Shown in pieces: positions 9,676 through 16,936 of a stretch of 25,633 nt of DNA. The notes under the pieces were generated by a model. It searched no databases. It had not been told where the DNA came from and saw only the letters and a list, made by a program, of their open reading frames with translations. The stretch is from Candidatus Phycorickettsia trachydisci (GTDB lineage: Bacteria > Pseudomonadota > Alphaproteobacteria > Rickettsiales > Rickettsiaceae), in the NCBI GenBank assembly GCA_945875085.1, contig CAMCJU010000001.1, positions 1 to 25,633 of the forward strand, given 5' to 3'. The number at the start of each line of letters is the position of its first letter. Positions within the stretch are counted from its first letter, which is position 1. Both the position numbers and the translations under genes were made by a program.

Positions 9676-10131
9676 ATGATACAAATCCTTATTTTGGCCA
9701 TAGGCAAAGAGTTAAAAATAAATTTCTCAAATCTAATCCTGAGAATTTGGAAGACTATGAGTTGCTAGAGATATTGCTATTTTCTGCCCCGCCGCGCAAA
9801 GATGTCAAGCCCATAGCAAAAAAATTACCAAATGCAGCCTTATATCCCCATAGTTAAAACTAGGGGCTTTACGGCTGCATTTGGTAACGGCACTATAGAT
9901 CAGACGGCTATTTATCCTCGTGAAATAATACGCAAGTGTTTGTTTTATGGCGCTGCAGCGGTAATTTTAGTACATAATCATCCAAGTGGAAACCCTGCTC
10001 CATCGCAAGCTGATATCCTTTTGACAAAAAAAATTGTCCAAGCGTGCGAGCCTTTGGATATAAGGGTTCATGATCACTTGATAATAGGGCAAAATAAAAT
10101 ATTTAGCTTTAAATCTAACCTGCTTTTATAG
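9672..10131 (+). pseudogene. radC: radC (JAB domain) pseudogene: split, frameshifted and internally deleted
   Basis: The N-fragment GHRQRVKNKF...DYELLEILLF...RKDVKPIAKKL (9672-~9827) and the C-fragment GTIDQTAIYPREI...ILVHNHPSGNPAPSQAD...VHDHLIIG (~9888-10131) are in different frames. Roughly 100 codons of a typical RadC (HhH region and the strand carrying the catalytic Glu) are absent. Confidence 0.85.
9825..9887. repeat. 63-bp palindromic element with perfect 15-bp terminal inverted repeats
   Basis: TTACCAAATGCAGCC (9825-9839) and GGCTGCATTTGGTAA (9873-9887) are exact reverse complements. Inner stem CCCC-A-TAGTT-AA-AACTA-GGGG. Confidence 0.85.
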
Positions 10132-10254
10132 CTTGAAGTAGGCAATATTTATGATACATCTTTTGCTTTAAATCTGAACTTTTAAGAGATTTAAATTGAC
10201 TCAAAGCCCAAAGATCAATAGCATTAATTAATATAATAAAAAATTAATAGAATT

Positions 10255-11142
10255 ATGGATGCTTTGCTCTTGATATTAGTTCTGCTTGGAATTATAGCCT
10301 TTTTGAGTGTCTTTACCGTTACTCAGCAAAGAGTTGCAGTTGTAGAAAGATTTGGCAAATTTCGCAAAATCGCCGGCCCTGGCCTTAATTTTATAGTTCC
10401 ATTTATTGACCGTATAGCTGGTCATATCAATTTAAAGATTAAGCAACTTGATGTGCATGTTGAGACAAAGACTCAAGACAACGTATTTGTTAAAATTTTA
10501 ATTTCCGTGCAGTTCAGAGCAATTGAAGATAAGTGCTATCAGGCATTTTATCAGCTTGAAAATCCTGAGTTACAAATTCAAGCTTTTGTATTTGATGTAA
10601 TAAGAGCAAAAGTCCCTAGCATTCTGCTCGATGAGGTTTTTGCTAAAAAAGATGAAATTGCCGTGGATGTTAAAAATGAATTACACGACACGATGATCAA
10701 TTTTGGCTATGAAATAATCAAAACTTTAGTCACAGACATCCAGCCCGATGAGAATGTTAAACAAGCGATGAATGAGATTAATACCTCACAAAGACTGCGT
10801 ATTGCGGCAAACGAAAGAGCCGAGGCTGATAAAATCATCCGCATCAAGCAAGCAGAAGCCGAATCAGCGGCCAATATTCTGCACGGAGTTGGCATTGCTG
10901 GTCAAAGAAGGGCTATAATGGAGGGCCTTAGTCACTCGGTCGAGGAGTTGCAGAAAAATTCCCCTGACTTAAGCGGCGAAAGTATCATGCAGATGATAAT
11001 GCTTATTCAATATTTTGATATGCTCAGAGAAATTGGCGGGACCTCGAAAAGCAATACTGTTTTTGTCTCGCATCTTCCCAGCAACGTTAATGATTTAGCT
11101 AAACAGATGCAAGAGGGCATGTTCTACCCCTCAAATAAGTAA
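10255..11142 (+). CDS. SPFH/band-7 domain protein, HIR-like subgroup
   Basis: N-terminal TM, VERFGKF, QLDVHVETKTQDNVFV, QIQAFVFDVIRAKVP, LVTDIQPDENVKQAMNEIN, GVGIAGQRRAIMEGL, QYFDMLREIG. Confidence 0.9.
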   Translation: MDALLLILVLLGIIAFLSVFTVTQQRVAVVERFGKFRKIAGPGLNFIVPFIDRIAGHINLKIKQLDVHVETKTQDNVFVKILISVQFRAIEDKCYQAFYQLENPELQIQAFVFDVIRAKVPSILLDEVFAKKDEIAVDVKNELHDTMINFGYEIIKTLVTDIQPDENVKQAMNEINTSQRLRIAANERAEADKIIRIKQAEAESAANILHGVGIAGQRRAIMEGLSHSVEELQKNSPDLSGESIMQMIMLIQYFDMLREIGGTSKSNTVFVSHLPSNVNDLAKQMQEGMFYPSNK

Positions 11143-11149
11143 CTTTTTT

Positions 11150-12085
11150 ATGTTAGCAGGTCACTCTATATACTTTTGGTTGATTTTTGCAGCCATTATA
11201 TTCTCTGCCCTTGTTTTTGACTTAAAGGTCTTAAATAAGGATAATTGTGAAATGAGCTTAAGGAAAAGCCTTGTTTCGAGTTTTATTTATGTCTCTATCG
11301 GTCTTGCATTTGGCGTTTGGATATTGTTTTGCTTTGGCCAGCAAGCGTTTAAGGAATACCTAACAGGCTTTGTGATTGAAAAATCTTTAGCTCTGGATAA
11401 TATGTTTGTCATAATTCTAATTTTCGACTTTTTTGCTATCCATCCTAAATACCATCATAAAGCGCTATTTTGGGGGATAATTGGCGCATTAACGGCGCGC
11501 GCTGTTATGATTGTTATAGGCGCCAAGTTATTAGCAGAATTTCACCCGATGAGCTATATATTTTCTGCGATACTTTTTATTACTGGCGTTAAGATGTTGA
11601 TTATTGCTGAGAAGAAAATAAACATCAAGGATAGTAAAATTTTTCAGTTCTTAACAAAATACTTAAAAGTAACTAAACAGGAACATGGGGATAGTTTTTA
11701 TATAGTACAGCAAAGCCCGGCTCTGCGAGAAATATTGATCACCCCTCTTGGCATGGCTGTGATTTTAATTGAATTAATGGATATCATTTTTGCCGTGGAC
11801 AGTATTCCGGCTATTTTTTCCATCACTAATGATCCATACATAGTTTATACTAGTAATATCTTTGCTATCCTTGGCTTGAGGTCTTTGTACTTTGTTTTAC
11901 GCAATACTATAACACGCTTTTATTATTTGAAATACTCATTAGCAGTTGTGTTGATTTTTATAGGATCCAAGTCGTTTATAGCCTATGGACTTGGATTAGA
12001 AAAATTCCCTATTGACGTTTCCTTAATTGCTACTTTTGGTATTATTGCTAGCGGGATTATTTATTCTTACATATCGCCCAAATGA
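11150..12085 (+). CDS. TerC/Alx family membrane protein (putative metal exporter)
   Basis: EYLTGFVIEKSLALDNMFV, LFWGIIGAL, IELMDIIFAVDSIPAIFSITNDPYIVYTSNIFAILGLRSLYF. Confidence 0.93.
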   Translation: MLAGHSIYFWLIFAAIIFSALVFDLKVLNKDNCEMSLRKSLVSSFIYVSIGLAFGVWILFCFGQQAFKEYLTGFVIEKSLALDNMFVIILIFDFFAIHPKYHHKALFWGIIGALTARAVMIVIGAKLLAEFHPMSYIFSAILFITGVKMLIIAEKKINIKDSKIFQFLTKYLKVTKQEHGDSFYIVQQSPALREILITPLGMAVILIELMDIIFAVDSIPAIFSITNDPYIVYTSNIFAILGLRSLYFVLRNTITRFYYLKYSLAVVLIFIGSKSFIAYGLGLEKFPIDVSLIATFGIIASGIIYSYISPK

Positions 12086-12138
12086 CAGCTGGGATATCGC
12101 GCGCAAACTTGAATTATGTTTCAGAACCAGGCGTAACG

Positions 12139-12188
12139 AACCATGCAGCACTATCCCCTCTTGTGCTTTTGTCTCCAAGCTGCAGGTT
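12139..12188. repeat. Imperfect palindrome between convergent genes (possible bidirectional terminator or palindromic element)
   Basis: AACC-A-TGCAGC (12139-12149) pairs with GCTGCA-GGTT (12179-12188). Outer imperfect arms AATGA-CAGCTGGGAT (12081-12095) and GTCCCAGTTGATCATT (12199-12214). Confidence 0.45.
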
Positions 12189-12214
12189 TTAGATTTTTGT
12201 CCCAGTTGATCATT

Positions 12215-13321
12215 TTAATCATTAGCATCCCACACAAAACCCTCCCCTCCTATTTCTCGATTATCTTCCACATCCTTCCAAGAACTAGGATCGCCAATTC
12301 CTGAAAGGTTTTCTATCACCAAGAACGCCAAAGCATCTCTAGAAATAAGAGAATCGTTGTCTTTGTTTAAAAATCCTTTAGTTCTAGCGCCCTCTATTTC
12401 ATCTGTAATGCTTTTCTTTTTCTGCTCAGTAAGTTCTTTATGCTCAAGCTTCCCCTGCTCAATAAATGGGTTTTGCTTAAGCCTCTGCTTAGCGAAATCG
12501 TTCTGAAATATTTCATTAACATTTTTGGGGATCGTATAAACATGCGCCTTTTTCTCTTTTTTATTTTTATAAATTAGATCTGGCGCATGGCTTTTAGATT
12601 GAACGTTAACGCCATAGCTCATACAAGAATCTTTAATGAAACCAAGCTTCTTACCTTGGGCTATTTGTTCTAATTGCGCTGAAAAATCTCCCCCAAAAAC
12701 GCCAATATCGCTCTGCCATGTGGTATCTTTATCTGAGAAAAAACAGAACAATGTATTTTTAAAGTTTGAGAATTCATTATCATGCAATAAGTTTTTTCCA
12801 TAGCATGCTACAGATACTACATTAGTTTTGTCTACTAAATTACTCAAACTCTCTAGTTGCCTTGTTAATATTTCAGAAGGTCTAAATTTGGGACTGCACA
12901 TCTGGCTATCAGGATCATAATATAAGCCTAATTTATATTTGTTCTCATCATCTATAATCCCATGAGCAAATATTAAAACATTAAGTTCTTTTATAAGATG
13001 CGCTTCGATATAGGGGGCAATAATACCTTCAATTCCCTCAATCTTATCGTATCCGTAACAAGGGTCACCAAAAACAAACAAACGTCCATATGAACTTAAC
13101 CATTTAGCTCCGTAAGGAAATCCTATGCAATTAACTAACTGTAAACCTGGCCCTAGAATTTTTACGACTAATATGCTGGATTCTTTAGATCTATAACAGA
13201 GCAACTTGTTTGCCTCACTCTCATTAGGTGTCTGAATCTGCGGCTGACATTCAACTGATGACCATTCAACTGATGACTTTGATTCTTGAAATACTGCCTT
13301 TAATTCTTCTTTCTCTTTCAT
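12215..13321 (-). CDS. Hypothetical protein (orphan), possible clan CD cysteine-peptidase-like fold
   Basis: 368-aa ORF with no family recognised. Contains NVLIFAHG (H120) and NVVSVACYG (C173). Has a strong upstream promoter candidate. Confidence 0.6.
   Translation of the reverse strand: MKEKEELKAVFQESKSSVEWSSVECQPQIQTPNESEANKLLCYRSKESSILVVKILGPGLQLVNCIGFPYGAKWLSSYGRLFVFGDPCYGYDKIEGIEGIIAPYIEAHLIKELNVLIFAHGIIDDENKYKLGLYYDPDSQMCSPKFRPSEILTRQLESLSNLVDKTNVVSVACYGKNLLHDNEFSNFKNTLFCFFSDKDTTWQSDIGVFGGDFSAQLEQIAQGKKLGFIKDSCMSYGVNVQSKSHAPDLIYKNKKEKKAHVYTIPKNVNEIFQNDFAKQRLKQNPFIEQGKLEHKELTEQKKKSITDEIEGARTKGFLNKDNDSLISRDALAFLVIENLSGIGDPSSWKDVEDNREIGGEGFVWDAND
13248..13277. repeat. Exact 15-bp tandem duplication
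   Basis: CATTCAACTGATGAC x2, giving the SSVEW/SSVEC repeat near the N-terminus of the 368-aa ORF. Confidence 0.85.
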
Positions 13322-13352
13322 ATATCTACTTAAAACTATTTATTTTCAAGAT

Positions 13353-13382
13353 ATTATATTAGAATTTATATCTTTATGTCAA
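13353..13382 (-). promoter_or_regulatory. sigma70 promoter candidate with perfect hexamers for the 368-aa orphan
   Basis: On the minus strand: TTGACA (13382-13377)-N18-TATAAT (13358-13353), about 30 bp upstream of the ATG at 13321. Confidence 0.75.
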
Positions 13383-13401
13383 GTCGATATTAAAGCCAAT
13401 A

Positions 13402-14520
13402 CTAGAAACTTGATTTATCGCGTTCAATAGTTTTATACTCATCTCCTTTGCGAGAGATGATGTCATATTTTCTTTCGGAAATATAGTCGTTAAAACGCAC
13501 CGCGCCCCCAATGCCAATGTAGCCATTTTGGTTATTTAGCCTTTGTGTGAAAATCTCTTTATTAAAGTCCTCGGCGCCTATAGCGTAGCTTATAATGAGC
13601 CCTGCATCGTAGGCCATTTTATCCCAAACGCTTAAATAGCTGCTAGCAAAAGTATTTTGCAATAACTCTTGGGTTAATTTGCTATTTAATATGTTCAAAG
13701 AGCCTGTAAAACTTATATCAAAAGGCTCCTTATAGTCAATGTCAAGTTTATTTTCGCCGCAAATGATGGCCTTTTTATCGATGTCATATTTTGCCAAAGC
13801 GTTGAAAATTAGCGCTAAATTATCAGATTCATCAGCAATGTAAACAGCAGGTTTTGCCTCATGGTCAGGATTCTCATTTAATTGATCAATCATTATTGAA
13901 ACATCCCTAGCTTTTTGATCGATATCTTCAGGAGTTAAAAGATATTTTTGAATTTTCGCAACAGCGATTTTATTTTGCACTAAGATATCGGTTAGAATCT
14001 GAATCAAGCCATTTGACTGCCTTACATCAGGTAAAAATAATATCATGTTATCGACGTTATTGTCGCTTAAGTATTTTATTAATCTTTTAGACTGTTGCAG
14101 GGGCGCATGGCCAAAGATATAAACATCACTGTCAGCTATTGCCGGGTTGTTGGAGAAGCTTATCGTAGGGATGTTGTGCATTTTGGCTATACTTGCTACC
14201 TGGACAGTGTCTTTTGAGAGTATTGGTCCTAAAATAATGTTGGTTTTTTTGCTGACTACTTTAGTCATTACTTCATTAATGTCCAGCCTATCTGCAATAT
14301 CGTAACTTGTGATGTTGATGTTACGGGCAGCGCCATCCCTCAGGCCAAGGTTTATTAGGGAGTCTAGTTTTTCTCCAATTTTTTTATGCTCTCCTGATAG
14401 GGGTAGCAAAATTGCTATCTCGACTTGTGCGGGTAGTTTTTGATAAGATTTTTCAGTAGAAATAGATTTGCAGCTAAAAAAAAGTAGTGCGATACTAAAT
14501 AAATTAATAAGATTTTTCAT
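13402..14520 (-). CDS. LpoA/YraM/LppC-like lipoprotein (type 1 periplasmic-binding fold; putative PBP activator)
   Basis: Lipoprotein signal LLFFSC (Cys17), IAILLPLSG, IILGPILS...IPTISFSN. Divergent from rsmI, as yraM(lpoA)/rsmI are in E. coli. Confidence 0.8.
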   Translation of the reverse strand: MKNLINLFSIALLFFSCKSISTEKSYQKLPAQVEIAILLPLSGEHKKIGEKLDSLINLGLRDGAARNINITSYDIADRLDINEVMTKVVSKKTNIILGPILSKDTVQVASIAKMHNIPTISFSNNPAIADSDVYIFGHAPLQQSKRLIKYLSDNNVDNMILFLPDVRQSNGLIQILTDILVQNKIAVAKIQKYLLTPEDIDQKARDVSIMIDQLNENPDHEAKPAVYIADESDNLALIFNALAKYDIDKKAIICGENKLDIDYKEPFDISFTGSLNILNSKLTQELLQNTFASSYLSVWDKMAYDAGLIISYAIGAEDFNKEIFTQRLNNQNGYIGIGGAVRFNDYISERKYDIISRKGDEYKTIERDKSSF

Positions 14521-14521
14521 T

Positions 14522-15343
14522 ATGAACCTTCAAGCAGGGCTATATATAGTTGCAACTCCGATAGGCAACTTAAAAGACATTACCATCAGAGCATTAGACA
14601 CATTAAGAGCTTCAAACTCTATACTCTGTGAGGATACCAGAATTACAAAAATATTGCTAGAAAAATATGATATTAAGTCTCGATTATTTGTTTATAATGA
14701 TCATTCAACAATAAATGAGCGTCAAAAAGTGCTAGAGGCTATCAAGCAAGGCGATGTTGTCTCATTAGTCAGCGACGCTGGTACGCCATTAATATCTGAC
14801 CCTGGATATAAATTAGTGCAATATTTGCAGCAAAATCATTGTTTCGTCGAGGTGGCCCCTGGCGCTTGTAGCGTTATTGCGTCTTTGTGTTTATCAGGTC
14901 TTCCTAGTGATAAATTTATCTTTGCTGGGTTCGTGCCACGAGGCGCGCAAGAAAAAGTAAATTTTTTCTCTCAGGTTCAAAATTTGCCAGCGACTGCGAT
15001 TTTTTTTGACAGTGCCATAAGGCTGCAGCACAGCTTACAAGCGGCATATCAAGCGTTAGGTAATAGAAATGCAGTAATTGTAAGAGAAATTAGTAAGCTT
15101 CATCAAGAAGTCTTAAAAGGCACGATTAGCGATCTGCTTGAGATTTTAACCAGCAGGCAGCTCAAAGGCGAAATCGTACTGTTGATCGATAAAGGAGGCC
15201 ATGATTTTACCCAAGCTGAAATACTTGAAAAATTAGAAATATTGACCAAGGAGGGGATATCAAAAAGCCAAGCAGCTCGAATCATCGCCAGTATGTTTGA
15301 TTTAAATAAAAACTTAGTTTACCAAATAACTAAAAATATATAG
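14522..15343 (+). CDS. rsmI: 16S rRNA (C1402)-2'-O-methyltransferase RsmI
   Basis: LYIVATPIGNLKDITIRAL, CEDTR, LVSDAGTPLISDPGY, REISKLHQE, KGEIVL. Start placed at ATG 14522 (MNLQAGLY) rather than the track start at 14468. Confidence 0.95.
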   Translation: MNLQAGLYIVATPIGNLKDITIRALDTLRASNSILCEDTRITKILLEKYDIKSRLFVYNDHSTINERQKVLEAIKQGDVVSLVSDAGTPLISDPGYKLVQYLQQNHCFVEVAPGACSVIASLCLSGLPSDKFIFAGFVPRGAQEKVNFFSQVQNLPATAIFFDSAIRLQHSLQAAYQALGNRNAVIVREISKLHQEVLKGTISDLLEILTSRQLKGEIVLLIDKGGHDFTQAEILEKLEILTKEGISKSQAARIIASMFDLNKNLVYQITKNI

Positions 15344-15360
15344 TTATTTTGCTCTACTCA

Positions 15361-16857
15361 TTATTTTTTCTTTAAGTCCGAGCATGGCAAGGCATTAACT
15401 TCCCATTGCATTTTTTGCTCGTTAAAATTAAAAACTCTAGGATTAAAGTCGATATTGTCTAAAGTTATGTCAGCGCTTAATTTCTCGTGACTCGATATAA
15501 TTATTTCGTTATAATTTTGTTTATAAGGCTGGTAATTTTCAAAATCTAATTTAATAAAATTATTTCCCGCCAATTGACAAACGGCGCTTATCAGGTCGCT
15601 CAAGTTTGCAATATCATGGTTATTGATACTTAAGATATTGGCTCTATAGAAAGATCTGTCACCATTTGTCCATTGATTGGGGATAGAGCTCATGCTCATG
15701 CCGTTAGCAATATTTTCTATTACCACAGAATTCATAGGAATGCCAGATTTATGACTAAAGACATCATCAGCAGAAAATATAACCGCTCCGCCAAATTCAA
15801 CAATTTGAGCTATTTTATTTGCATTAACGTCGTATAAATCGATGGTAGTTTGAATTTTTTGCCCATTACGATAAATTGTTAGCTCTACTTGCTTACTTTT
15901 GCTTTGATTCATCGCTTTATCTAGCGCATAAAGGTTGGCGCCTAATTGTTGTCCATTTATGGCCCAAATAATATCGCCACTTTTTAATTTTTCTGCAGCA
16001 GGTGAGCCTTTGATTGTGCCTTTAACCGCCAGTGCATTATTGCGACTGTCTGGAAATTGCGTCAAATAACTTTGCGCTAATTCTTTAGGAAATAGGCGGT
16101 GTTTTACAGCTTTATCAAGGGAGTATAGGTGGCAAATAGCTCCAATATGCTTGTTTGAAGGTTGCTTGTTATTTTTTAAATCTTCCAAGGCGTCTGTTAT
16201 GTATTGGCTTTTTAGCGCTAGGCTAAATGTAGCGCCAGCGCCATAACTGATGCCTATTGCATCGCCTGCACTATTTAGTAGCGGCGAGCCTGATGATCCC
16301 CCAGTTGCATTAAGATTTACTACATAAGAGTGCTGCGGCATACTCCCATTAATTGAAAATACGTTTGATAAATAGCCATCATGAAAAGAAAACGATTGCC
16401 CTTCGTTGTTTCCAACAATAAACACCGATTGATTTTGACTAGGCTCTTTGTCGCTGAATTTAATCTCTGTGACATCTTTTGGCACTGATGCAGGATCTAT
16501 TTGTAGAATCGCAAAATCTTGCCACAGACTGTAATATTTTAGCTTTGCCTCAACGTTTTTTCCATTGAAAAAGGTAATTAAATAATTACCGATAGCGCCT
16601 TGGCCAATGATGTGAGCATTTGTTATTATTATTCCATCTTTAATGCTGTGAATAAAGCCAGTGCCTTGCCATTTGCCAGTATCGCCGTAAGATACAACAG
16701 AGACTCTGGATTCTATAGATACGCTTGATTTGTAAGCTTTATCTATAATTTCAGGATCAATATTTGCAGCGATTGAATTAAAATAAAATAAGCCTGACAG
16801 CAGGGCGTTAAGTAGAATTTTTATAGAAATTTTTGAAAGGAAGGAAGTTTTTTTCAT
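15361..16857 (-). CDS. Exported trypsin-like serine protease with PDZ domains (HtrA superfamily, Nma111/Deg7-like)
   Basis: Signal-like N-terminus; GTGF, TNAH (H82), QDF (D114), GGSSGSP (S189); PDZ-like GSPAAEKLKSGDIIWAING. Confidence 0.88.
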   Translation of the reverse strand: MKKTSFLSKISIKILLNALLSGLFYFNSIAANIDPEIIDKAYKSSVSIESRVSVVSYGDTGKWQGTGFIHSIKDGIIITNAHIIGQGAIGNYLITFFNGKNVEAKLKYYSLWQDFAILQIDPASVPKDVTEIKFSDKEPSQNQSVFIVGNNEGQSFSFHDGYLSNVFSINGSMPQHSYVVNLNATGGSSGSPLLNSAGDAIGISYGAGATFSLALKSQYITDALEDLKNNKQPSNKHIGAICHLYSLDKAVKHRLFPKELAQSYLTQFPDSRNNALAVKGTIKGSPAAEKLKSGDIIWAINGQQLGANLYALDKAMNQSKSKQVELTIYRNGQKIQTTIDLYDVNANKIAQIVEFGGAVIFSADDVFSHKSGIPMNSVVIENIANGMSMSSIPNQWTNGDRSFYRANILSINNHDIANLSDLISAVCQLAGNNFIKLDFENYQPYKQNYNEIIISSHEKLSADITLDNIDFNPRVFNFNEQKMQWEVNALPCSDLKKK

Positions 16858-16865
16858 TATATCGC

Positions 16866-16894
16866 CTTGTAAAAAGTTGGTATATATACTATAT
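16866..16894 (+). promoter_or_regulatory. Candidate RpoH (sigma32) promoter for dnaK-dnaJ
   Basis: CTTG (16866-16869)-N19-CTATAT (16889-16894) resembles the alphaproteobacterial RpoH pattern CTTG-N17/18-CCTATNT and lies about 40 bp upstream of dnaK. Confidence 0.5.
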
Positions 16895-16936
16895 CATAGT
16901 TATTAACTAATTTAAATTAATTCAAGGAATTGCATT

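Noticed and set aside
9816-9835. A7 slippery run (A AAA AAA) immediately before the radC hairpin, suggesting programmed ribosomal frameshifting
   Set aside because: The C-fragment is in the +1 frame, not -1. The hairpin abuts the run with no spacer. Even a fused product would lack about 100 aa, including the strand with the catalytic Glu.
9832-10131. 99-aa ORF as an independent functional JAB protein
   Set aside because: Its first ~19 residues come from the palindrome and the JAB domain is N-terminally incomplete. Treated as part of the pseudogene.
14468-14521. Track start for rsmI giving an 18-aa N-terminal extension
   Set aside because: The extension is simply the antisense of the lipoprotein signal sequence. 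RsmI similarity begins just after ATG 14522.
16858-16936. CIRCE (HrcA) operator upstream of dnaK
   Set aside because: No TTAGCACTC-N9-GAGTGCTAA match. Only an RpoH-like promoter is seen.
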